63,920 nt of DNA, filler included, from Lama guanicoe (GCA_013239625.1; 212 parts of 212 records of this genome joined end to end with filler, not necessarily neighbours in it), one strand, 5' to 3'. Positions 12,471 through 26,272 are shown, counted from the first letter of the whole stretch. Numbers and translations: made by a program. The notes: generated by a model from the sequence alone, not told the origin.

Positions 12471-14192
12471 TTAGGACTGGTGTTTAGTCATTCAGAAATC
12501 TCCCAATGCACAATATCTTGGGCCTTGCAAATTCTGCATTAACTCTGTCTCAAGTCTCTGTTTCTTCTCACTAGTCTCCTTANNNNNNNNNNNNNNNNNN
12601 NNNNNNNNNNNNNNNNNNNNNNNNNNTTAATTAATTAANNNNNNNNNNNNNNNNNNNNNNNNNNNNNNNNNNNNNNNNNNNNAATTTAGAAAACAGCAAG
12701 TCATGACTCATTCTGTTTAGAAGTCCTTTCTTGAGTTTCTCTCTCTCCCCTCACATTTTACAAGCAGCAGCAAGGAGAAAGCAGGTGGCACTCCCAATTC
12801 TCCAGTTAGAAATCTCCTGAGCTGGACCAACCAGTTCATTATGTACTTTTTCTACTTTCCTCATAACTACAGGCAACAGTGTTGNNNNNNNNNNNNNNNN
12901 NNNNNNNNNNNNNNNNNNNNNNNNNNNNTTAATTAATTAANNNNNNNNNNNNNNNNNNNNNNNNNNNNNNNNNNNNNNNNNNNNGGAAAACACAGTCATC
13001 ACAGACATCTGGGCGCACTGGTACCGTGTGGCACAGATTGTCCACCCTGCAAATAGTTTTCTCAAACAGAACACGCCAGGAACTCAGTTCCCAAGGGCCA
13101 GTCCTGAAAACAGGTGTTTCTTGGAAATGTTCAGCATTAAGAACCCCCGCACCTGCCGAGCTAATCCTTGCCTCCAATCCGGGTTCNNNNNNNNNNNNNN
13201 NNNNNNNNNNNNNNNNNNNNNNNNNNNNNNTTAATTAATTAANNNNNNNNNNNNNNNNNNNNNNNNNNNNNNNNNNNNNNNNNNNNTCATTATGCTGTAC
13301 ACCTTAAACTTACACAGTGCTGTATGCCAATTATATCTCAAAAAAACTAGAAGGAAAAAAAACAGATGAGGAGCCTATAAGCTCCCTGTTCATTGTCTTC
13401 CAAAAGGCCTACCTTAATGTTTACTTTATAGTAAACATTCAAAAATTGATTTAAATCATTTACCATCTCCACGTATGAAATTTTCATANNNNNNNNNNNN
13501 NNNNNNNNNNNNNNNNNNNNNNNNNNNNNNNNTTAATTAATTAANNNNNNNNNNNNNNNNNNNNNNNNNNNNNNNNNNNNNNNNNNNNAAATGAGTCTCA
13601 AAGTTGCATTGTATTTCATGAATTTATACATGAAAAGTCTACTAGTGGCTCTCGGAGGATGCCCCAAGACACCAGTCGCAGCTCCTGGAACTTGATGGAA
13701 ATGCGCGTCCCTGAATCCCCAGCTGTGACCACTGGGTCGGCTGTCAGGGGTCGGGCCACCATCTGCCGCTCGCCAGGGTTCGAGAACTGANNNNNNNNNN
13801 NNNNNNNNNNNNNNNNNNNNNNNNNNNNNNNNNNTTAATTAATTAANNNNNNNNNNNNNNNNNNNNNNNNNNNNNNNNNNNNNNNNNNNNCTAAGGTGGG
13901 GCTGAGGTGATTACTGACCTGATCGTTGACGGTAACGTCGGGTGCTGAGAAGCTACGGTGTCCAGCGGATCAAGTACGTGGATGCTAGAAGTCACCAGGA
14001 GGAAGGATATGGGAAGGCTGGAGGAAGGAGCTGTAAATCAACACAACAACGAGGCGTAGTGGGTATTTGCCTCTGATTCTCAGGTGTGCCCTNNNNNNNN
14101 NNNNNNNNNNNNNNNNNNNNNNNNNNNNNNNNNNNNTTAATTAATTAANNNNNNNNNNNNNNNNNNNNNNNNNNNNNNNNNNNNNNNNNNNN

Positions 14193-14237
<45 letters not shown>

Positions 14238-14239
14238 AA
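14193..14239 (+). repeat. (CAA)n microsatellite
   Basis: About 14 perfect AAC units. Confidence 0.95.
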
Positions 14240-14394
14240 ACTACCCAACAAACAAAAGTCCAGGACCAGATGGCTTCAAGGGTGAATTCTACCAAACATT
14301 TAAAAAAGAGTTAACACTTACCCTTCTCAAAACATTTCAGAAAATTGAGGAGGAAAGAAAATGTCCAAACTCATTCTCTGAGGCCAGCATCACC
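14240..14394 (+). mobile_element. L1 ORF2 fragment (start of RT region)
   Basis: Translates to [47 protein letters not shown]. Confidence 0.93.
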
Positions 14395-17300
14395 NNNNNN
14401 NNNNNNNNNNNNNNNNNNNNNNNNNNNNNNNNNNNNNNTTAATTAATTAANNNNNNNNNNNNNNNNNNNNNNNNNNNNNNNNNNNNNNNNNNNNAAATAA
14501 ACTCCTCGTATGCTTTGCTTTTCATGCCTTTTTGAGGATGAAGTTCATTTTCTTGGGGATGTGTATTTTTGTTTTCACCCAAAGTCATTTTGATGCCTAC
14601 TTACTACAATTAACCATCCTTGTTAATATGACATTGGTTAATGTCACGGGGTACAAACTTATGGAGATTGGAACATTGAGTACTCCTGAGTATTTTNNNN
14701 NNNNNNNNNNNNNNNNNNNNNNNNNNNNNNNNNNNNNNNNTTAATTAATTAANNNNNNNNNNNNNNNNNNNNNNNNNNNNNNNNNNNNNNNNNNNNTCTG
14801 TTAGGAGAAGACAATAAATTATTATTGTTTTAATCTGTATTTCCCGGGCTTTAGTAAGCCTGAATATTTTTTCATACGTTTTTTAATCCTTTGTATTTCT
14901 TTTCTGCAGATTACTTGTTCAAATTTTTAGTCTGTTTTTTCTAATAAGATTTTTTTATTGATTAAGAGCTTTTGGTATGTTAACGTATATGAATCTATNN
15001 NNNNNNNNNNNNNNNNNNNNNNNNNNNNNNNNNNNNNNNNNNTTAATTAATTAANNNNNNNNNNNNNNNNNNNNNNNNNNNNNNNNNNNNNNNNNNNNGC
15101 CCGTCTGCTTGCCAACACGCAAGCTGCTCTTTCTTGCACCCAAACCATCCACCTTCAATCATCTGTGGGTGCTCATTCGTGGCGAATTCTCCAGCCCACA
15201 CTGACTTGTCACCCATGTGGATCCTTGGTCATTACAGCACTGACCGTGTAGCTGACACTTATGTGGTAAGTCAGCACTTTATATATTAACTCATTTAATC
15301 NNNNNNNNNNNNNNNNNNNNNNNNNNNNNNNNNNNNNNNNNNNNTTAATTAATTAANNNNNNNNNNNNNNNNNNNNNNNNNNNNNNNNNNNNNNNNNNNN
15401 TCACAACCCTCATTTCCATCTTATTGGCCAGGGTGGAATCACATGGTAACGTCTACCTGCAAGAGAAATCACTACGTGTGGTTTTTGTTTGTAGGTTTGT
15501 TTAGATACACTTTTCCTACTCCCCAAAGTTAGGACACTTCTAGTGAGGAAGAGAGGGTGAACAGATATTACACAGAAAGATGTGATTTTAAGACCAGAAG
15601 GGNNNNNNNNNNNNNNNNNNNNNNNNNNNNNNNNNNNNNNNNNNNNTTAATTAATTAANNNNNNNNNNNNNNNNNNNNNNNNNNNNNNNNNNNNNNNNNN
15701 NNGCACAGGGCTAATCTCCACACTAAGCAGACCTCCTCGCCCTGGGAAATCGCCTCTGTTATTACCGCTTCGGAGCTCCATCCACGTTAATAACAGCCAT
15801 CCGTCAGAAGACGGCCGTGCAATAAACAGGCAGTTACAAATAGGACAGGCAACGTAGAGAGGGAAGGGGAAGAGGGAGAGGTGGCATCAGATTTTCCGTG
15901 CTTTNNNNNNNNNNNNNNNNNNNNNNNNNNNNNNNNNNNNNNNNNNNNTTAATTAATTAANNNNNNNNNNNNNNNNNNNNNNNNNNNNNNNNNNNNNNNN
16001 NNNNCCCCCCCCAGTGATGGAGAAGGAGGCTTACAGGACTTGGGACTCATGCCCAGCGAGCCTGCCGGTAACCTCCTCCCAGCCACGCTCCCTGCAGCAC
16101 AGACACGCTTCCCTGGTTGATACGCTCCTCACATCAGAGCCCAAGGCAGCCACCCCCAGTCCCACTGCGGAGAGTGATGCCCTGCCCTGCAGTCGGCCAG
16201 CATCCCNNNNNNNNNNNNNNNNNNNNNNNNNNNNNNNNNNNNNNNNNNNNTTAATTAATTAANNNNNNNNNNNNNNNNNNNNNNNNNNNNNNNNNNNNNN
16301 NNNNNNAAGCCTGGCCCTGGGGTGGGGGGGCAGGTGTGCCTTGCAGTCCCCCACCGGCTTCCTCTTTGTTGGAGCCACATCGGGTAGAGTAGGGGGGTGC
16401 GGGGGGCACAACACCTGCTTTCTTTCGGGGGTAGGTACGCCACGATGGCCTCAAGGTTCGAGGACAACCTGACCATCTGGCAGTTTTATCTCTTGGATGC
16501 TCAGACCTNNNNNNNNNNNNNNNNNNNNNNNNNNNNNNNNNNNNNNNNNNNNTTAATTAATTAANNNNNNNNNNNNNNNNNNNNNNNNNNNNNNNNNNNN
16601 NNNNNNNNATGGGCAAGACAGACAGGGCTGGAGAGGGGAAATCAGACTGGGGAAGAGGCAGATCAACTCCAGACTAATTTCCAGGTCTTGTTCTGTTCCT
16701 GCCCTTGGCCGGGCGGCCACTCCCTACCCCTCAACCGAGGGAGCCTGGAGTGGGTCATTTTGGAGTCTCGCTGGCGTGCCACCCGTAGCAAGCGCGTTTT
16801 AGATTCGCACNNNNNNNNNNNNNNNNNNNNNNNNNNNNNNNNNNNNNNNNNNNNTTAATTAATTAANNNNNNNNNNNNNNNNNNNNNNNNNNNNNNNNNN
16901 NNNNNNNNNNCTATGTAGTTATACAACTTAGAAAAGACAAAGAGATAGAGAGAGAAAGAATTTTAAAGAAGGGAGAAAAAAGGTTTGAAGACATTGTATA
17001 ATGAGTAATAGAAAAGGAAGTTGATGCAGAATTTTGAAAAATAATTATAATTAAAATATTTTTAAAAATTTCAAAGGGTTTAAAATGGAGGTATATATAA
17101 TTCAAGAAGAAGNNNNNNNNNNNNNNNNNNNNNNNNNNNNNNNNNNNNNNNNNNNNTTAATTAATTAANNNNNNNNNNNNNNNNNNNNNNNNNNNNNNNN
17201 NNNNNNNNNNNNATGAAATCAAATATCAACTTACCTGACTGCATAAAAAAAATCAGCCCAACTAAATAAAAACTTAGAAGTGAAGTCAAAAGACAAATGA

Positions 17301-20232
17301 AAAATGGGGGGGGGGATATTTCAACTCATATTACAGACAAAGGGCCAACATCCAACAGAAGAATGTACAAAATATTTGACCACAGTTCACAGAAAATAAA
17401 ATACATACAAGCTANNNNNNNNNNNNNNNNNNNNNNNNNNNNNNNNNNNNNNNNNNNNTTAATTAATTAANNNNNNNNNNNNNNNNNNNNNNNNNNNNNN
17501 NNNNNNNNNNNNNNGTTCTGTAAGATTCTTATATATTTTGGAAAAGGCAAACTATGGAGACAGCAAAATTATTGGTTACCTCAAGTTGGGGGTGGGGGAT
17601 GAATAGATTGAGCACAGAGGACTTTTAGGGCAGTGAAAATATCTATAGGCTACATAGTGATTGATACTTGTCATCACACATTTGTCCAAACCCACAGAAT
17701 GTACAATACCGAGAGTNNNNNNNNNNNNNNNNNNNNNNNNNNNNNNNNNNNNNNNNNNNNTTAATTAATTAANNNNNNNNNNNNNNNNNNNNNNNNNNNN
17801 NNNNNNNNNNNNNNNNTAACTTGGAGTAGTTCGTGTGGACTTCGCTTAACTGGATGGCTTGATGAATTTCCTCCTAAATGGATTTATTTCAGTTACGTTC
17901 TAACGAAGAAAACATCTAAATGCCAAGCAGAGCCCTAAATAGCTAATGAATCCGAAGGGGTTATCTCCCAGCACTTTCGCATCTTACGGGCACTGGTTTG
18001 CCCTGGTTTGCCCAAGCGNNNNNNNNNNNNNNNNNNNNNNNNNNNNNNNNNNNNNNNNNNNNTTAATTAATTAANNNNNNNNNNNNNNNNNNNNNNNNNN
18101 NNNNNNNNNNNNNNNNNNCAGGCAGGGTCCCTGGAGGATTAGGCAAAAGGCAGGGACAGGAGCTAAAATCTGAGGTGTGAGGAGGCCCGTGGGCAGCCTG
18201 GGTGGCAGACACAGCCTGTCTATTCCCTCCTGGGTCAGACATTCATAGAGCATCTCCTGTATCCCCAAAATGGCAGTGCTGAGAGCAGACAGCCTGCCTG
18301 TCCTCACAGAGGTGCCACCCNNNNNNNNNNNNNNNNNNNNNNNNNNNNNNNNNNNNNNNNNNNNTTAATTAATTAANNNNNNNNNNNNNNNNNNNNNNNN
18401 NNNNNNNNNNNNNNNNNNNNAAAAAAATCAGTGTTTGACTGAATAAGGTAATTGTGGACATAAAATTCAGCCATTACAATAGTCAAATAATACAAAATAA
18501 ATAGGAAAAGAAGGAAAAAGAGACTAATAGAGACTAACAGACTATCAACTAAAGTCTTTCAATAAGGAAATTTAAAGGCCTGACATTTGGAGGACTTTCT
18601 GGCACATGTGAAAAAGTAGCAGNNNNNNNNNNNNNNNNNNNNNNNNNNNNNNNNNNNNNNNNNNNNTTAATTAATTAANNNNNNNNNNNNNNNNNNNNNN
18701 NNNNNNNNNNNNNNNNNNNNNNGGTGAGGCAGGTCTAGGGGGAGGAAGGGCTCTTTAGCTCAGACCTGGGATGCTCCCGGACCAGGCCTCAGGAGCTAGA
18801 ACGTAAACCTCCCAAGTCAGCTGTGGACTAAGACACCCAGCACAGTGGGGATGGCCCACGGGCGTGGTAAACCACACTGCGGATGAGCTGATGGGCCTCC
18901 TTCCCCCTCACCTGCATACATTTCNNNNNNNNNNNNNNNNNNNNNNNNNNNNNNNNNNNNNNNNNNNNTTAATTAATTAANNNNNNNNNNNNNNNNNNNN
19001 NNNNNNNNNNNNNNNNNNNNNNNNATAAAATTAATTTATTTAAAAAATATATATACATACATACATGTATGGTATACATACAAAATTTATCACACACACA
19101 TAAATATATCAAGATTAAGAACTAAGACCCTAATTTCGGAGCCGGTATCTAGGTCAAAAGGTCATTTCCTGTGACTCCTCAGCCACATCCCTTCCTTCCT
19201 TTGGGTGACCACTGGATGTCCAAACTNNNNNNNNNNNNNNNNNNNNNNNNNNNNNNNNNNNNNNNNNNNNTTAATTAATTAANNNNNNNNNNNNNNNNNN
19301 NNNNNNNNNNNNNNNNNNNNNNNNNNTCGGACCCATCAAGAGAACTGAGTTTGTAGGGCCTACTGCCAAAGTCTGCAAAAAGTCACAGCCAAGGTCTGCT
19401 TACCTGGAAAAGGAGCTGTTGGCGACGTAAACGGACAGAACGCTTCAGTGGGCATCCTGATGGATTTCTAGGGGCTGCGTGGACGGGCAGGGCAGGGGGA
19501 AGCTCCCGAGACGAGTCCTGGAGGGGCCNNNNNNNNNNNNNNNNNNNNNNNNNNNNNNNNNNNNNNNNNNNNTTAATTAATTAANNNNNNNNNNNNNNNN
19601 NNNNNNNNNNNNNNNNNNNNNNNNNNNNGGCTCCCCAGTTAGCAGTTTGTCGGTCAGTGAATCTGTCCTTACTCCTCGTGGCAGCGACGTGTAGAAGCTG
19701 TTTCCCTCCTTAAAAGACGAAGAACCCGAGACCCGGCTGCTTCCCCTAAGACCACAAGACGGAAGGGTGGAGAGCCAAGGCCTCTCTGACTTGAAAGCCC
19801 GCGCTCTTTCCACTGACACGTGCGTTCCTGNNNNNNNNNNNNNNNNNNNNNNNNNNNNNNNNNNNNNNNNNNNNTTAATTAATTAANNNNNNNNNNNNNN
19901 NNNNNNNNNNNNNNNNNNNNNNNNNNNNNNGACAAATTGCCGGGGTTCATTACAATAACAGAGGTTGGCCGATCGTGAGGCGTGGGGAGGGACAGATCCG
20001 CCACCACAGCACCCGGACACGCGCAATTGTGTGTCCTCACTGACACACAGGGATAATCACTGCTCGAAAAAGCAAGGGAGCATTTTTTTTTCTGACTTTA
20101 ATTTTTAAGGACTGCTCTGAATCAGAAGAGGGNNNNNNNNNNNNNNNNNNNNNNNNNNNNNNNNNNNNNNNNNNNNTTAATTAATTAANNNNNNNNNNNN
20201 NNNNNNNNNNNNNNNNNNNNNNNNNNNNNNNN

Positions 20233-20434
20233 ATTTTGGAATAAATCCCACTTGATTGCACTGTATTCTTTTTATGTATTATGGAATTCTGTTTGCTGAT
20301 ATTTTGTTGAAGAATTTTGTGTCTAAGTTCATGTCAGATTTTGATCTATATTTTTCATTATTTATACTGTCCTTGTCTAGTTTTGGCATCATGGTCATAC
20401 TGACCTCATAAAATGTACTGGGAAATGTTCTCTC
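20233..20434 (-). mobile_element. Older L1 ORF2 fragment
   Basis: 'ggaataaatcccacttgatt...tttgctgatattttgttgaagaattttgtgtctaagttcat' is antisense L1. Confidence 0.85.
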
Positions 20435-20534
20435 NNNNNNNNNNNNNNNNNNNNNNNNNNNNNNNNNNNNNNNNNNNNTTAATTAATTAANNNNNNNNNN
20501 NNNNNNNNNNNNNNNNNNNNNNNNNNNNNNNNNN

Positions 20535-20736
20535 TTAGTATAATATGCCCCCAAATATTACATGGAGCATTAAAAAACGGGGGTAGGGGGAGAAGACTAG
20601 TTTTTTTTCAGTATTGAATAACATACTGTTTTAGTATAAGTATGCCCCAAATATTTCATGGAGCATAAAAAAAAAGAGAGAGGGGGGAAAAAACTAGTCT
20701 TTTTAGTATTGAATAACACACTATTGTGGTATAAGT
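20535..20736. repeat. Tandem repeat with a ~95-96-bp unit (two units plus the start of a third)
   Basis: 'gtataa' recurs at 20538, 20634 and 20729. The units share ccccaaatatt.catggagcat, actagt and agtattgaataaca. Confidence 0.85.
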
Positions 20737-21742
20737 NNNNNNNNNNNNNNNNNNNNNNNNNNNNNNNNNNNNNNNNNNNNTTAATTAATTAANNNNNNNN
20801 NNNNNNNNNNNNNNNNNNNNNNNNNNNNNNNNNNNNCATATATTACTACTTATTATTTCATGATGTTATTAATCAAGTGAAAAAGAATCCTGAAATAAAG
20901 ACAACAAAGATCCCTAAAACATCTTGCTAAGTATAATAAAACACCACACGACTTTTACAATCACAGTAAGAATGCATTAATGCAACTTTGCCCTTTGACA
21001 CATCCCTTATTACCCTTCCACACACATAACTGGCTATTNNNNNNNNNNNNNNNNNNNNNNNNNNNNNNNNNNNNNNNNNNNNTTAATTAATTAANNNNNN
21101 NNNNNNNNNNNNNNNNNNNNNNNNNNNNNNNNNNNNNNTCCTCCCTTTCACAGGTGTGTGGGATCCAGGAGGCAGCTGTGGCCTCATCATTTTTCTACAC
21201 TTGCATCCAGCCCTTCCCACCAAAGCACGTATGGGATGTGCCTGGTTCACTGTAGGAAGCTATGCCATCTAGCCCTTCGTCCTTTACAGGTGAGGTTTTA
21301 GGGCCAAGGCTTTTAGGTGGGAGCTTATGGGGAGGGCATCNNNNNNNNNNNNNNNNNNNNNNNNNNNNNNNNNNNNNNNNNNNNTTAATTAATTAANNNN
21401 NNNNNNNNNNNNNNNNNNNNNNNNNNNNNNNNNNNNNNNNAGCTAATGATAATTCTCTCCTCTCTGCCTAACGGCAGCTGATTTGGTCATGTGTCTGTAC
21501 AGACGTGATTCGGTCCTGCAAAGGCCATGTAATGGATCAACGGATTCAAACACCACAGGTATGCACACAAATCGGAGTCAGTTAGTGGAGGGTGGGGGGG
21601 CCCCTAAAAGCATAAGGCCACTGTTTGTCAGAGCCCCTTAGCNNNNNNNNNNNNNNNNNNNNNNNNNNNNNNNNNNNNNNNNNNNNTTAATTAATTAANN
21701 NNNNNNNNNNNNNNNNNNNNNNNNNNNNNNNNNNNNNNNNNN

Positions 21743-21840
21743 AAATCCTCAACAAATTACCAGAAAATCAACTCTAACAATATATTAAAAGGATCATACA
21801 CTGCCATCAAGTGAGATTTATCCTGGGGATGCAAGGATTT
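21743..21840 (+). mobile_element. L1 ORF2 RT fragment
   Basis: 'aaatcctcaacaaa...attaaaaggatcatacac...gatttatcctggggatgcaaggat'. Confidence 0.8.
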
Positions 21841-23232
21841 GGCCCTGGAACTGAGGACAAGAGTAGAGGGGAAAGATGATGTCCTAGGAGCATGCTGGTG
21901 GGCAGGGGCAGGGACACGCAGAGAAGTAGCCTCTAAGGAGGGCANNNNNNNNNNNNNNNNNNNNNNNNNNNNNNNNNNNNNNNNNNNNTTAATTAATTAA
22001 NNNNNNNNNNNNNNNNNNNNNNNNNNNNNNNNNNNNNNNNNNNNATGAGAACTTCAAATGTGGATTCTCACATTCTGGTATATTTTCCTGCACACTGTGA
22101 GAGATGTTTCAGGTGCAAATTGCACTGGTGAGGGTAGCTGTCTAGGGCCCCGCAGAGAGTTTCCTGGACAGGAAAGTATAGGACTGACATCGTCACATAA
22201 GCCATAAGGAAATTATCCTGGCACTTTGCACTGTGCAGGGAGGGAGNNNNNNNNNNNNNNNNNNNNNNNNNNNNNNNNNNNNNNNNNNNNTTAATTAATT
22301 AANNNNNNNNNNNNNNNNNNNNNNNNNNNNNNNNNNNNNNNNNNNNAGGCCAGATGGAGACTTGTTTACAGCCCAAGTCAGATAGGATCTTTCTGTCCTG
22401 GTACCTCAGAGAATTCCCATTACCAAGACAAATATGGAGCCGAGTTTTGGCATGGAGCAGGGACAGAGCTGTTCCATTGTTTTCCCATAGCCCACCTATG
22501 GAGCTCGGACCCAGGGTGGAGCCAGCAGCAGCACAAAGCAGAGGAGCGNNNNNNNNNNNNNNNNNNNNNNNNNNNNNNNNNNNNNNNNNNNNTTAATTAA
22601 TTAANNNNNNNNNNNNNNNNNNNNNNNNNNNNNNNNNNNNNNNNNNNNAGGTTGTTTATAAGATGTAATGAACAACTTCTTTATACTCAACTCCACATCA
22701 AAAATTGGGAAGGTATGTTGTTCATGAAGAGATACTGAGGTGGGAAGCCCCATGAAAAGACCAGTAGGACCCCCAGTCAGGGCCACTACTTCCCTGCCAG
22801 CGCCATCCAGTTCCCTGGCCTGGCGGCATTATCTCACTTTTTACTTCTGTNNNNNNNNNNNNNNNNNNNNNNNNNNNNNNNNNNNNNNNNNNNNTTAATT
22901 AATTAANNNNNNNNNNNNNNNNNNNNNNNNNNNNNNNNNNNNNNNNNNNNGTTATAAGATTCTCCCTTTCAAAATTACTTATCTTGAACTGAATTAAGCA
23001 TCCTTTAGGTGGGGTAAATCCACCTCCAACAGTGGACAAAAACCCCCATGAAAGAATGGGTCATGCCTACGTGTGAGGCATGCCTACATGCCTTCAGTGA
23101 CCCGCACAGGGCCCAGCACCTGCCACGTGGTCAACACACAGTTAGTGGAATANNNNNNNNNNNNNNNNNNNNNNNNNNNNNNNNNNNNNNNNNNNNTTAA
23201 TTAATTAANNNNNNNNNNNNNNNNNNNNNNNN

Positions 23233-23380
23233 NNNNNNNNNNNNNNNNNNNNTGCAGGAAAGAATTCAAGAGCAAGCCACAGTTGAGTGAAGGTAGATTT
23301 AGTCAGAGATACATTGAAAGGCAAGAGAAAGGCCATGAGATGTGGCGGTTGGGTGCTCAGATTAAAAGTAGGTACACACT
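23233..23380. mobile_element. ERV LTR-like fragment
   Basis: 'tgcaggaaagaattcaagagcaagccacagttgagtgaaggtagattt' resembles the antisense R/U5 region of ERV1-class LTRs. Confidence 0.5.
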
Positions 23381-24158
23381 GCACTTTCCGGCGAGAGGCA
23401 AGATGGCAGAGTAGAAGGATATTTGTAGCTCACTCTCTCCCACAAGTACACCAANNNNNNNNNNNNNNNNNNNNNNNNNNNNNNNNNNNNNNNNNNNNTT
23501 AATTAATTAANNNNNNNNNNNNNNNNNNNNNNNNNNNNNNNNNNNNNNNNNNNNCTGCATTGTAACAATCATTTGCAGTGGGAAGAGATTAAGGTCCCCA
23601 CCTTAGGAAGAAATGTTTATAGATGTACTTTTACTTTTTAAAAAAACCCTTAGGTAAAATTCACGTAATAGAAACTTCACCATTTAAAGTGTACAACTCA
23701 GTGGCATTGAGTGTATTCACAAATGTTGTACCATGGCCTTTATCTAGTTTCAAAGCNNNNNNNNNNNNNNNNNNNNNNNNNNNNNNNNNNNNNNNNNNNN
23801 TTAATTAATTAANNNNNNNNNNNNNNNNNNNNNNNNNNNNNNNNNNNNNNNNNNNNACTTGACATCCCCTATATCTTAACCACAAACACCTCAACTATTA
23901 TATAATCCCGTTGCACATCCACAGAGCTTCCCAAAGCTGCTGTCCCTTTACCCATTTTAAAAATAATATTTTTGATAAATTACTTTCCAGTTTACTGCTA
24001 CATAACTTGACTGCTACATAAATGACCTCCTTAAACCCTGTATTTCAAGCATACTGCCNNNNNNNNNNNNNNNNNNNNNNNNNNNNNNNNNNNNNNNNNN
24101 NNTTAATTAATTAANNNNNNNNNNNNNNNNNNNNNNNNNNNNNNNNNNNNNNNNNNNN

Positions 24159-24360
24159 ACAACAACAAAAACCTTATCAAAAAATGGGCAAATGATCTGA
24201 ATAGGTACTTCTTCAAAGAAGACAAACAGATGGCTAACAGGGACATGAAAGATGTTCAACATTACTAATTATTAAGGTAATGCAAATCAAAACCACAATG
24301 AGATTTCGTCACATACTCATTAGAATGGCTACTATCAAAAAGGCAAGAAATAACAAATAT
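24159..24360 (+). mobile_element. L1 ORF2 fragment
   Basis: 'aaaatgggcaaatgatctgaatag...atgcaaatcaaaaccacaatgagat...agaatggctactatcaaaaag'. Confidence 0.9.
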
Positions 24361-26272
24361 NNNNNNNNNNNNNNNNNNNNNNNNNNNNNNNNNNNNNNNN
24401 NNNNTTAATTAATTAANNNNNNNNNNNNNNNNNNNNNNNNNNNNNNNNNNNNNNNNNNNNACCTGGCCCAGGCTCCACCCCTCACAGCTGAGCTGGGGTT
24501 GCCACCCTCGACAACCCCCATCAGTTCCAGGATGATTCACAGCTGGCCACACAGCAGATTGATGCCAGGGCCTCATGCTGGCTGATGAGAAACCTAATTA
24601 GTATGCAAAACGGCAGGCTCACCCATCCCCCTGCCACACTTGGCTGTGTCCATCCCCACCCCNNNNNNNNNNNNNNNNNNNNNNNNNNNNNNNNNNNNNN
24701 NNNNNNTTAATTAATTAANNNNNNNNNNNNNNNNNNNNNNNNNNNNNNNNNNNNNNNNNNNNGAGGAGAAAGCCTATTCTTCATTTTATACTCTTGCTTC
24801 CATTTTCATGGTTTAATTGATCATAGTTGTGAGGGATTATATCTGGTTGCTCAAATCTCTTCTATTGATTGGTGTCTGTTTTTGAACCAGTATCATGTTG
24901 TTTAAATTACTAAAATTTGTTGGACTGTTTAACATCAGAGAACTTTACACTATTAGATTTAATANNNNNNNNNNNNNNNNNNNNNNNNNNNNNNNNNNNN
25001 NNNNNNNNTTAATTAATTAANNNNNNNNNNNNNNNNNNNNNNNNNNNNNNNNNNNNNNNNNNNNCAGACAGTCAGACAGAGGCGGGGTGCGGTCTGGGGA
25101 CGGGGTTTGGCGGCAGCTAACGGGTACTAGGGTGCCCCTGGCGAGCCAAAGGATTTTCTCCCATGTCCCTAGCTGCCTTGCCAGGGGGCTGCCTTCACTC
25201 CCCCAAGTTCGCCATAAAAGCCTTTGAAGTCAGCCTGCTCCTGGGAGCAGGCATGGTGAGGTCAGGNNNNNNNNNNNNNNNNNNNNNNNNNNNNNNNNNN
25301 NNNNNNNNNNTTAATTAATTAANNNNNNNNNNNNNNNNNNNNNNNNNNNNNNNNNNNNNNNNNNNNATGTCCCAATAATAAGAATTAATTAAATGGATGT
25401 AGTTCTCAAAGCAACTCCTAGAAGTAGCTTTGGTTGGAGTATGATCATCTGAGTAAAATCAAGTCAGTTTTACAGGAGAACTCAGGTAGTAAGCACTGGA
25501 GGTGGAACTAAAACCCAGACCATTTGATTCCGGCCTGAAGGACCCAGGGAGGGAGGCTGGAGATGCCANNNNNNNNNNNNNNNNNNNNNNNNNNNNNNNN
25601 NNNNNNNNNNNNTTAATTAATTAANNNNNNNNNNNNNNNNNNNNNNNNNNNNNNNNNNNNNNNNNNNNTTATATGTGTATTTGTGAAAATTCACTCAAAG
25701 AGTGTTTTCTGGTGCCAAATACCGATTTTAGAACCTGATGATAGAAAAAAGCTATGAAGTCATAGTAAATATTTCAAAGATAATATATGCCCTGCTTGGT
25801 GGATGAAAGGACAGTAATTCACATGCTCACAACTCAGAAACGGATGTTTGCCGAATCCATCATGCATGTANNNNNNNNNNNNNNNNNNNNNNNNNNNNNN
25901 NNNNNNNNNNNNNNTTAATTAATTAANNNNNNNNNNNNNNNNNNNNNNNNNNNNNNNNNNNNNNNNNNNNGTGAGTGGAGGGGAAACGCCTTTGTGGTGC
26001 AGGCGTCACGGGGACCTTATGTCGGGGCTCTGTCCAGACTCTCCCATCGCCTGCCTGTTTTTCTGCTTGCGTCTCGACTTCAGGGATTTCATACAGGAGT
26101 GTCGCCATCACCCTGTGTGGACCCACACAGCCCAGAGCTGCAGGGAGCGGAGGGCTGACGTACTGTTGGTCANNNNNNNNNNNNNNNNNNNNNNNNNNNN
26201 NNNNNNNNNNNNNNNNTTAATTAATTAANNNNNNNNNNNNNNNNNNNNNNNNNNNNNNNNNNNNNNNNNNNN

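Noticed and set aside
13589..13790. Open minus-strand frame QFSNPGERQMVARPL...ISIKFQELRLVSWG
   Set aside because: I recognise no protein, and the nucleotide sequence looks more like a decayed MER5-type DNA element.
16911..17105. 64-aa minus-strand ORF without N read-through
   Set aside because: It is the low-complexity antisense of A-rich, probably old L1-like sequence, with a non-ATG start and no homology recognised.
21139..21340. Possible exon between 'tttcacag|' and '|gtatgg'
   Set aside because: Splice-like motifs only, with no recognisable peptide; this is expected by chance among 212 fragments.
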